The notes under the pieces were generated by a model, which was not told the DNA's origin, made no database searches, and worked only from the letters and a program-made list of their open reading frames with translations. Positions 44,555-52,532 of a stretch of DNA of 64,000 nucleotides are shown in pieces (positions within the stretch are counted from its first letter, which is position 1; the number at the start of each line of letters is the position of its first letter). This DNA is from Akkermansiaceae bacterium (GTDB lineage Bacteria > Verrucomicrobiota > Verrucomicrobiia > Verrucomicrobiales > Akkermansiaceae), in the NCBI GenBank assembly GCA_049889715.1, contig JBMHCW010000062.1, forward strand, positions 6,858-70,857, in the 5' to 3' direction. Both the position numbers and the translations under genes were made by a program.

Positions 44555-45184
44555 ATGCAGACCACATTCAGAAACCTTCTCACCGCCGCTTGTTCTTTGG
44601 CCCTGAGCGGAAGTGCCTTCGCACAACTCGAGTTGAGCAAGCAGAACGCCTTCGACGTCGGCAAGCCGGATTTCGATAACCTCCAGTCGCCTGACGTTCC
44701 CACGGGTAACAGCAAGAAGTTCTCGCCCAAGGATTGGCTCGAGTGCGAGGTCAAGATCAAGGTCAAGAAGCTGGGCACCACCCCGGATGACAAGTATCTC
44801 GATCAGTTCAAAGTCAACTGGTATGTCGTGGTGAAGGGACAGGATGGCAAGGGTTACATGATGACCAAAACCATCACCCATGTGAACCTGCCCATCGACG
44901 AGGAGGTTCTGGTTTCCGTCTACCTTTCTCCAAATTCCCTCCGCCGAATCACCGGCAAGGTCCGTGCCGGCAAAGGAGATCTCGAAGCCATTGGCGGTGA
45001 GATCGAATACGGCGGCGAGATGGTTGGATTCTTTAGCCACGGCGAGCGAGCCGGATGGTGGCGCAAGGAGCTCAAAAACATCGAGCGCACCGAAAAGTTC
45101 CCCCTCCTCGACAAGTCGCAGACCCCGTTCGCGCCTCTTTGGTACGATCGCTACGCTGAGATTCTGCCGAAAAACGCCAACTAA
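44555..45184 (+). CDS. Secreted protein at the Amuc_1102 position of the pilus-like cluster
   Basis: Signal peptide MQTTFRNLLTAACSLALSGSAFA and a beta-rich 185-aa body. Assigned by position upstream of the PilM-like gene. I do not remember the Amuc_1102 sequence, so this is not a sequence-level call. Confidence 0.5.
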   Translation: MQTTFRNLLTAACSLALSGSAFAQLELSKQNAFDVGKPDFDNLQSPDVPTGNSKKFSPKDWLECEVKIKVKKLGTTPDDKYLDQFKVNWYVVVKGQDGKGYMMTKTITHVNLPIDEEVLVSVYLSPNSLRRITGKVRAGKGDLEAIGGEIEYGGEMVGFFSHGERAGWWRKELKNIERTEKFPLLDKSQTPFAPLWYDRYAEILPKNAN

Positions 45185-45310
45185 CGATCCTTCTTTCCTC
45201 CCGTCGGGGAGGGCAGCCTGAGGAGCTGATTTCTATAGGGTTCCGGCCTCGTGAAACCCCCCGGAGCCTTCTTGACAACTTGTTTTTGAAAGCACTTAAC
45301 ACAAACTACC

Positions 45311-47059
45311 ATGGCTGACCAACAGTCGATCATCGCACTCAACATTGGCTCCCAGCGTATCGCGATGGGGGTCTTCTCACCGACCAAATCGGGTCTGACT
45401 CTGAAAAAATACGGAGCGACCAGCATTCTGGCCGATCCTGCCACCGAGGCCGCCCGCGTTCCCCAGATTCAGCTGGCGATCAAGGAGCTGGCGCAGAGCC
45501 TAAAAGTCGGAAGCCAGAAGGCCGTCTACGCTCTTTCCGGACAATCGGTTTTCGTTCGCTTCGTCAAGCTGCCTCCCCTCGAAGCCGAGGACATGGGTGA
45601 GCTGGTGAAGTTTGAAGCCCAGCAGAACGTTCCTTTCCCCATCGATGAAGTGGTCTGGGACTGGGAAAAGCTCGAGACCGAAGGAATCGACAACGAAGTC
45701 GTTCTCGTGGCCATCAAGTCGGATTCGCTCAATGATCTCAACTCGGTGGTGTCCGAGACCGGACTGGGAACCCAGTTGGTCGACTGTGCGCCGGTGGCCC
45801 TTTACAACGCCTACCGTTACAACTACCCCGAGGCCACGGAGTGCGCTCTCCTTCTCGATGTCGGAGCCAAGACCTCCAACCTCATCTACGCCGACGGCAG
45901 CAAGTTTTTCACCCGAGGGGTTTCCATTGGTGGAGCTGTTCTGACCAGCGCGATTGCCAAGGAATACAACGTCTCCTTCGCTGAGGCTGAAAACAGCAAG
46001 CTGACCTCCGGTCTGGTGACCCTTGGGGGAGGCCACGCCGGCCAGCTCGACGAAGCCACCGCGGCCATGGGTACGGTGATTCGTAATGCCCTCGGACGTC
46101 TCACGGCCGAGATTCAGCGGACCAACACTCTCTTCCGCAGCCAGCAGGGCGGACGGGCTCCCGAGAAGATCCTTCTCGCCGGTGGCACCGCCAATCTTCC
46201 TTACCTCCGGGAATTCCTCCAGGAGAAGCTCAACCTCCCGGTGGAAACCTTCAATCCCCTCCAGCGGATTTCCGTGGGCAAGGGCGTGGATGTCGATGCC
46301 CTCGCCCGCGAAGCCCATCAAATGGGTGAGCTCGTCGGTTTGGGACTCCGGGCTGCCGAAAAGTCCGCCATCAAGATCGATCTCGTTCCCGATGCGGTGC
46401 AGGCCGAGCGCGATATCAACCGTCGCAAGCCCATTCTCATCGCTGCAGCGGCCCTCTTCCTCGGGGGACTGGGCGCCTGGGCCGGACTCAAGGCCCTTTC
46501 GGTGAACGATGCCAAGATGCACCTCAAGGATCTTGAAGGAGAGTCGGTGACCCTCGGGCCGCCGGCCAACAAGATCGAGCGCCTTCTCAAGCAGGAGGAA
46601 GAAACCGGAAAGATGATCAAGGCCTATGCCAAGGCCGAGGAGAATCGCCTCCGGATCGTCAATCAATGGAATTTCATCGCCAAGCACTTCGTGAGTGAGG
46701 TTGCCTGGATTACCGATTTCGAACCGCGCACCAACTTCAGCATGGATGGCGGCGGTTCCAGCGAGCCGGTGATCGATGAAAGCTTCTCCACCAATCCTTA
46801 CGGAAAGTCCTCGATCATGAACGAGGTGACCTCGGCCGACAGTGTCATTCTGCGTGGTCTTCACCTCAACAAGCAGAACGAAGTGACCAACCTGGTGAAG
46901 ACCCTCCGTCTCTCACCGGCCCTCAACTTCAAGTTCAACGACAAGGAGATTCCGGATAGTTCCATCATCAAGACGAACCAGGCCGCTGCCGAGGAGGGTT
47001 TTTATGCCGCTCCCTTCGAGCTCCTGATTCCTCTCAACAATCAAATTCAAGTTAAGTAA
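45311..47059 (+). CDS. PilM-like actin-fold ATPase fused to a PilN-like transmembrane/periplasmic region (Amuc_1101-type)
   Basis: IIALNIGSQRIAMGVF, LLDVGAKTSNLIY and ILLAGGTANLPYLREFL are the actin-fold phosphate/adenosine motifs of PilM/FtsA. These are followed by DLVPDAVQAERDINRRKPILIAAAALFLGGLGAWAGL, a PilN-type anchor, plus a 170-aa periplasmic part. Confidence 0.85.
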   Translation: MADQQSIIALNIGSQRIAMGVFSPTKSGLTLKKYGATSILADPATEAARVPQIQLAIKELAQSLKVGSQKAVYALSGQSVFVRFVKLPPLEAEDMGELVKFEAQQNVPFPIDEVVWDWEKLETEGIDNEVVLVAIKSDSLNDLNSVVSETGLGTQLVDCAPVALYNAYRYNYPEATECALLLDVGAKTSNLIYADGSKFFTRGVSIGGAVLTSAIAKEYNVSFAEAENSKLTSGLVTLGGGHAGQLDEATAAMGTVIRNALGRLTAEIQRTNTLFRSQQGGRAPEKILLAGGTANLPYLREFLQEKLNLPVETFNPLQRISVGKGVDVDALAREAHQMGELVGLGLRAAEKSAIKIDLVPDAVQAERDINRRKPILIAAAALFLGGLGAWAGLKALSVNDAKMHLKDLEGESVTLGPPANKIERLLKQEEETGKMIKAYAKAEENRLRIVNQWNFIAKHFVSEVAWITDFEPRTNFSMDGGGSSEPVIDESFSTNPYGKSSIMNEVTSADSVILRGLHLNKQNEVTNLVKTLRLSPALNFKFNDKEIPDSSIIKTNQAAAEEGFYAAPFELLIPLNNQIQVK

Positions 47060-47080
47060 ACACCTTTCAGACAATTCATT

Positions 47081-48088
47081 ATGACTTGGTTCAAAGAAAA
47101 CAAGTTCCTCGGAGGTCTCATCGTGGTGACGGGCCTTTTGGCTGCCGTGATCATCTACATGGGTCTCCAGTTCAGCTCCTCGCTTGAGGAAACCCTCGAG
47201 GAGGTCGCCACGGCCGAAGCAAAAGACCGGAAGTGGAGAAACCTCGATCCGTTTCCCACTCCCACAAGTGCCGAAGCCAAGAAGGACAGCCTCAAGACTC
47301 TCCTGACGGACGCCAAAGCCACCCAGGAGGTGATCCTCGCCTTCCGTCCTGAGAGTGTGGACAACATTCCACTGACCGAATTCTCGGCCGGCCTCGAAAA
47401 GTCGGTGGCCGAGATCCGGGACCTCTTCGATGGGCAAAACGCCTTGCCTGAGCGCTTCAATCTCGGATTCGAGACCTACGCCTCAAGTCCTCCCAAGGAA
47501 AGTGCCACTGGTGTCTTGAACTACCAGCGCGGAGCCCTCGACTGGCTCTTCCGTGAGCTCGACGCCGCCGGCATCAAGCAGGTCGTCAACCTTCACCGTG
47601 AGAAGCTTCCCGCCGAAAGCGGGGTGGATTGGAACGACGAGCGGGCCATGAAGCAGTTTGCAAATGCCAATCGCTCCCGTAGCAGCAGCTCGAAGGACAG
47701 AAAGTCGCGGGGACGTCGTTCCGCCAAGGCCGAAGTCCTGCCCGAAGTGGCTCATCGCATGCCTTTCGAGATCACCTTCAAGGGACCCGAGCCGACTGTT
47801 CGCAAGTTCCTCACCAGCGTGGCCAATTCCGACCAGTATTTCATCGAGGCTCGCGTGGCCCGGGTGAAGAACGAGGCTCCCATTCCTGAAAAGCCCCGCG
47901 GGGCCAGTGAAAAGAAGGAAGGGGACGACTCGGCGGCCTTTGGTCCCATCGAAGGAGACGAGCCCGAGGAAGGTGCGCCCTCCTCCCAGATTCTCAACCG
48001 GATTTCCGGTGGTGAGGACCTGACTGTTTTCCTGCGTGCCGAAATCCTGCTCTTCAAGGATAGCGCCAAGTTTGCGGAAGTGAAATAA
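47081..48088 (+). CDS. Amuc_1100-like pilus-associated protein (occupies the PilO position)
   Basis: N-terminal anchor MTWFKENKFLGGLIVVTGLLAAVIIY. The blocks LGFETYAS, MPFEITFKGPEPTVRKFLTSVANSDQYFIEARVARVKNE and LTVFLRAEILLF parallel the Akkermansia Amuc_1100 sequence as I recall it. Confidence 0.65.
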   Translation: MTWFKENKFLGGLIVVTGLLAAVIIYMGLQFSSSLEETLEEVATAEAKDRKWRNLDPFPTPTSAEAKKDSLKTLLTDAKATQEVILAFRPESVDNIPLTEFSAGLEKSVAEIRDLFDGQNALPERFNLGFETYASSPPKESATGVLNYQRGALDWLFRELDAAGIKQVVNLHREKLPAESGVDWNDERAMKQFANANRSRSSSSKDRKSRGRRSAKAEVLPEVAHRMPFEITFKGPEPTVRKFLTSVANSDQYFIEARVARVKNEAPIPEKPRGASEKKEGDDSAAFGPIEGDEPEEGAPSSQILNRISGGEDLTVFLRAEILLFKDSAKFAEVK

Positions 48089-48107
48089 CTCCAACTCACA
48101 ACACACA

Positions 48108-49151
48108 ATGTCCTGGATTAAAGAAAATTATCATATCGCCGCCCTCGGAGGCGGAGTCCTCGTCCTTGCCGGGCTGGGGTACACCGCCTACGCCGCCAAG
48201 CAGGAAGTGAACGAAGGCTTTGCCACTCCGGTCGACGGAAGAGGGAAGACCACCACTGTCGCCAATGGCGACATTCTGAGCACGTTGGATGACTCGCTGA
48301 AGACGGAGAACCCTGTGGTGATTTCCACGACTCCGACCAATCGTCCGGTTCAGCTGTTTTCGAGTGTCGATCTCTTCATCGAAGACGGGAAACCCAACGA
48401 GCTGAAGGATCTCCTCACGATGAAGGATAACGTTCATCCTCCCATTCCCAACAAGTGGTGGGTCGACAACATGCTCGATCCGACTTGGTCTGATTCTCCA
48501 CAGCGGGACAAGGACGGGGATGGATTCTCCAATTTGGAGGAATTCGAGGCCAATACCGATCCCAACGACGAGAAGAGTTTCGGTGATCTCATCACCAAGC
48601 TCAGAGTGGCTGAAGTGAAATCCACGATCTGGCGTCTTGAGTTCAACTCGGTCCTCGGAAACGGTTTTCAGCTCAATCTTCTCTTCAAAGAGCCCGGTGG
48701 TCCGGTGCAGAACAACCGCATGGGTGCCAACGATGCCATCAATCCCGGAGATCTGTTCTTCAAGGAAGGGGTCGGCAAGGACCGCTTCAAGCTCCTTAAG
48801 GTCGAGCCTCGCAAGATGAAGACATCGACAGGGGAGAAGGATGTGCCTTTCGCTTTTGTTGAAGATCAACTTGAGAACAAGAAGGGTGATGTCTATGAGC
48901 TGCAGTTCGGGATGAAGCAGGGAGAATTGCTCAAGAGCACCCGCTATGACCACACTGTGGTCTTCTATCTCGATGCCATCGGAGAGTCCGGAAACAAGTT
49001 CGAGGTGGTCGAAAATGGCACCTTTGCCCTTCCTTCAAGTGGCTCCGAAAAAAGCTACAAACTGACCGAAGTGAAGCTTGGTGCTGACAATCAGCCCGAA
49101 TCCGTGGTGGTTGAAGGACCAAACGGACCAGTCGAAATCCCCGTAGAATAA
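48108..49151 (+). CDS. Membrane-anchored protein at the PilP / Amuc_1099 position, with TSP3-like Ca-binding motif
   Basis: Anchor MSWIKENYHIAALGGGVLVLAGLGYTAY and the motif DKDGDGFSNLEEFEANTDPND. The rest is unrecognised. Confidence 0.55.
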   Translation: MSWIKENYHIAALGGGVLVLAGLGYTAYAAKQEVNEGFATPVDGRGKTTTVANGDILSTLDDSLKTENPVVISTTPTNRPVQLFSSVDLFIEDGKPNELKDLLTMKDNVHPPIPNKWWVDNMLDPTWSDSPQRDKDGDGFSNLEEFEANTDPNDEKSFGDLITKLRVAEVKSTIWRLEFNSVLGNGFQLNLLFKEPGGPVQNNRMGANDAINPGDLFFKEGVGKDRFKLLKVEPRKMKTSTGEKDVPFAFVEDQLENKKGDVYELQFGMKQGELLKSTRYDHTVVFYLDAIGESGNKFEVVENGTFALPSSGSEKSYKLTEVKLGADNQPESVVVEGPNGPVEIPVE

Positions 49152-49252
49152 AGGAAAACACTCAAACGGGTCAGGAAAAATTTAGAAATTTAAAGGTTTC
49201 TGAAAAAAAGCTTCCCAGACCCCCCACTAATCAACGAATATTCAACCAGATC

Positions 49253-51844
49253 ATGCAGAAAAGACACACACACCTTACCCATCGCACAATGTTTGCCCTC
49301 GCGGCGCTCGTTGTGTCCCCCGTCGCTATCGCCGAGGAGGGATATGGAGACGGTCTTGCGCAGCAGGAGATGATCCGACGTCAACAAAACGTCATCACCT
49401 CCGATGAGCTTCGCGACGAAGGCCGTAAAGCATACGCGGAAGGGGATTATGAGACGGCCGTCTCCAAGTATCGTGCCGCTCTCGACATTCTCCCTTACGG
49501 AACCGCCACCGCCGATCGCCGTCAGGTTCTCAATGACCACCTGCAGGACGGATCGCTGGCGCTGTCCCAAACATACCGCCGGACCGGAAAGTATGAGGAA
49601 GCCCGCGAGCTTCTGACTGCTGTCGATAAGGCCGACCCTGGTAACATGGTTGCCAAGAAGGGACTCGAGTATCTCGACGATCCCATTCGGACCAACCAAG
49701 CCCTTGATTACGCCCATACTCAGGACGTCGACAAGGTTCGCCGCCATCTTTACACCGGTGAAGGTTTCTACGATCTTGGCCGCTACGACAAAGCGGAAGA
49801 GGAATTCAAGCAGATCCTTCGCATTGACCCATACAACAAAGCTGCCCGCCGTTGGCTGGAGCGTTGTGCTGCCATCAAGTCCGACTATTACCGCTCTGCA
49901 TACGATCACACTCGTGCGGAAATGCTCGCTCAGGTGGACGCAGCCTGGGAGCTGGCCATTCCACCTCTGGTGTCGGTCGGCCCTGGCCCTGGCCCCGGAC
50001 CCATCATCGCGGGTGGAGAAGCTTCCATTGCCGGCAAGCTGAACACCATCATCATCCCTGAGATCAGCCTCAACAACTCCACCGTGGAAGAAGCGGTGGA
50101 ATTCCTCCGCCTTCGTTCGGTGGAGCTTGATCCTGAAGGAACCGGCATCAACTTCGTGGTGCGCACTCCGAAGGTGGTTGGTGAAAGTGGTGAAGACCTT
50201 GGTGACGGGGGAGACCTCGGCGCAGCTGACGATGCCCTTGGCACCGGAGCTAATCCTAACGCCATTCTCATCAAGCAGCTCAACCTCAAGAACGTCCCGC
50301 TTCGTGTGGCTCTCCAGTATATCTGTGAAGAAGCCAACCTCCGCTACAAGGTGGATGAGTTCGCGGTGACTTTGCTTTCCCTCGGTGACGAAGACGAGGC
50401 TGACATCGTGCAGCGTCGTTGGACCGTTCCTCCGACCTTTGAGACTTTCCTGAACACCACCGGTGGTGGTGGAGACGGCGGACCAGCTGAGATCGATCCA
50501 TTCGGTGGAGGCGGTGGTGACGACGACGGGGGCATCGCTCCACGTCTTGGCATTGTCGATCTCCTCAAGAACGCCGGTGTATCCTTCGGTCCTAACGCTT
50601 CGGCTACTCTTCTGTCTGCTTCTAGCACGCTCATCGTGCGGAACACTCCGACCCAGCTCGAAGTGATCGACGGAATCGTGAAGGCCGCCCAGAACAATAC
50701 CCCTCGCCAGATCCGGGTCACCACGAAGTTCGTGGAAATCAACCAGGAGAACAACGAGGAACTTGGATTTGACTGGATCGCCACTCCGTTTGGCTTCGGT
50801 AGTAACTACTTCTTCGGTGGTGGCACCGTGGGAAGCGGAAGCACCCGGACCAACCAGGACTTCATCAGCCCTGTTGACCGCGTCAACATCCCGGGGATCC
50901 CGGCCAACCCTGCTCAGGCCGTTTCGGGAATCGTGACTGCCGGTAACCGTAGTGGTGCCGCCGCGATCGACCGTAACAGCATCGATGCCATCCTGAACAA
51001 CCCACAGCGGACTGCCCAGCAGGCCAACGTGGCTCCCGGTATCCTTTCCCTTACCGGTCTCTTCAGCAGTGGTCAGGTTCAAATGATCATGCGCGGTCTT
51101 TCCCAGAAGAAAGGCGCCGACATCATGACCGCACCAAGTGTGGTGGCTCTGCCCGGACAAAGTGCAACGATCGAGATCATTCGTGAGTTTATCTACCCAA
51201 CCGAATACGAACCCCCCGAACTCCCCAACCAGGTTGGCGGTAACATCGGTGGAGGTATCGGTGGTGGCCTCGTCGGTGGTGGCGGTGGTGGCGGGTTCCC
51301 CGTGACCCCGGCAACTCCTTCGGCCTTCGACACCAAGAACACTGGTGTGACACTCGAGGTGGAAGCCCAGATCGATGCCAACGACAGCATCATTGAGCTT
51401 CGCTTCACGCCGACCATCGTTGAATTCGAAGGTTTCGTGAACTACGGTAGCCCGATTACCGCTCCGGCAACGGACGCCCTTGGAAACCCTGTGCAGATCG
51501 TGATCACCGAAAACCGCATCGAGATGCCCGTCTTCTCGGTCCGCAGCGTGAAAACCGGTCTTACCATCTATGACGGCTACACCGTGGCTGTGGGTGGTTT
51601 GATGCGCGAGGATGTCCAGAGCGTGGAAGACAAGGTGCCCATTCTTGGTGATCTGCCTCTCGTCGGACGTTTGTTCCAGACCAAGGCTGAGAACCACATC
51701 AAGAGTAACCTGATTATCTTCGTGACTGCTGAGATCATCGACGCCACAGGCCGTCGGGTGAACAGCGGAGGTGAGGCAGCAACTGGTGCCATCCCCGACA
51801 TCGGAGCTGGTGATACCGGAGTTCTCCCGACTCTCGACCAGTAA
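49253..51844 (+). CDS. Secretin (PilQ/GspD family) with N-terminal TPR region (Amuc_1098-type)
   Basis: TPR-like helices (GDYETAVSKYRAALDI, GKYEEARELLTAV, GRYDKAEEEFKQILRIDP). The secretin domain reads IRVTTKFVEINQENNEELGFDW...VPILGDLPLVGRLFQTKAENHIKSNLIIFVTAEII. A Gly-rich insert GGNIGGGIGGGLVGGGGGGGF is present. Confidence 0.9.
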   Translation: MQKRHTHLTHRTMFALAALVVSPVAIAEEGYGDGLAQQEMIRRQQNVITSDELRDEGRKAYAEGDYETAVSKYRAALDILPYGTATADRRQVLNDHLQDGSLALSQTYRRTGKYEEARELLTAVDKADPGNMVAKKGLEYLDDPIRTNQALDYAHTQDVDKVRRHLYTGEGFYDLGRYDKAEEEFKQILRIDPYNKAARRWLERCAAIKSDYYRSAYDHTRAEMLAQVDAAWELAIPPLVSVGPGPGPGPIIAGGEASIAGKLNTIIIPEISLNNSTVEEAVEFLRLRSVELDPEGTGINFVVRTPKVVGESGEDLGDGGDLGAADDALGTGANPNAILIKQLNLKNVPLRVALQYICEEANLRYKVDEFAVTLLSLGDEDEADIVQRRWTVPPTFETFLNTTGGGGDGGPAEIDPFGGGGGDDDGGIAPRLGIVDLLKNAGVSFGPNASATLLSASSTLIVRNTPTQLEVIDGIVKAAQNNTPRQIRVTTKFVEINQENNEELGFDWIATPFGFGSNYFFGGGTVGSGSTRTNQDFISPVDRVNIPGIPANPAQAVSGIVTAGNRSGAAAIDRNSIDAILNNPQRTAQQANVAPGILSLTGLFSSGQVQMIMRGLSQKKGADIMTAPSVVALPGQSATIEIIREFIYPTEYEPPELPNQVGGNIGGGIGGGLVGGGGGGGFPVTPATPSAFDTKNTGVTLEVEAQIDANDSIIELRFTPTIVEFEGFVNYGSPITAPATDALGNPVQIVITENRIEMPVFSVRSVKTGLTIYDGYTVAVGGLMREDVQSVEDKVPILGDLPLVGRLFQTKAENHIKSNLIIFVTAEIIDATGRRVNSGGEAATGAIPDIGAGDTGVLPTLDQ

Positions 51845-51861
51845 TCATCTTGAATCCTTTC

Positions 51862-51897
51862 AAAAGCGGGATCTGCCAGTCAGATCCCGCTTTTTTT
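51862..51897 (+). terminator. Intrinsic terminator after the secretin gene
   Basis: AAAAGCGGGATCTG-ccagt-CAGATCCCGCTTTTTTT, a perfect 14-bp stem plus a T7 run. Confidence 0.8.
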
Positions 51898-51938
51898 GTG
51901 ATCAGATTAGGCGTATTTTTCGAGGCGACGTGAGGGTG

Positions 51939-52532
51939 ATGGCGTTAACAGGTGGGATTGCCACCGGGAAATCGACAGCGGTGAAAATCCTGCGCGAGCT
52001 CGACGAGGGGGTTCGGATTTTTGATTGCGACGAGTCCGTGCAGGTCTTGTTGAAAAGTGGTGAAGTGCTTGAAGAGATTTCGGAAGCTCTCGGAAGCCCG
52101 GTCATGGATGAGAAGGGAGAGTTGAACCGGGAGGTCTTGAGGTCGTTGGTCTTTGATCAGCCGGAGCAGCGAAAAAAACTGGAGCAGGTCCTCCATCCCA
52201 AGGTGCGAAAGGAATGTCTTGTGAAACGGGATGAATTTCGTAGTAATCCCCGCACGACGCTGTTTGTCGCTGATGTTCCGCTGCTTTTTGAGAGCGGATT
52301 TCACTTCGGTCAGGAGCTCAGTCTGGTGGTGGCCACTTCGAGTGCCACCCAGCGGGTTCGCTTGAAAGCCCGGAGTCATTTCGAAGACAGGATGATCACA
52401 TCGATCCTTCAAGCGCAGCTTCCCATCATGGAGAAGGTCGCACGAGGGGACGTCGTTTTCTGGAACGAGGGGCCGCCGTCCATTTTGCGACGTCAGCTTC
52501 AAAGATTCCTGACCTCACTTTTGATATCATGA
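51939..52532 (+). CDS. coaE: Dephospho-CoA kinase
   Basis: MALTGGIATGKST P-loop at the N-terminus, and the typical length (197 aa). DVPLLFESG is a CoaE hallmark. The track ORF 51771.. has a spurious N-terminal extension across the terminator. Confidence 0.85.
   Translation: MALTGGIATGKSTAVKILRELDEGVRIFDCDESVQVLLKSGEVLEEISEALGSPVMDEKGELNREVLRSLVFDQPEQRKKLEQVLHPKVRKECLVKRDEFRSNPRTTLFVADVPLLFESGFHFGQELSLVVATSSATQRVRLKARSHFEDRMITSILQAQLPIMEKVARGDVVFWNEGPPSILRRQLQRFLTSLLIS

Noticed and set aside
45500-46864. 454-aa - strand ORF
   Set aside because: It is antisense to the PilM/PilN fusion, whose actin-fold motifs are clear on the + strand.
49190-51697. 835-aa - strand ORF
   Set aside because: It is antisense to the secretin gene, whose + strand translation carries an unmistakable secretin C-domain. 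The minus-frame protein has no recognisable features.
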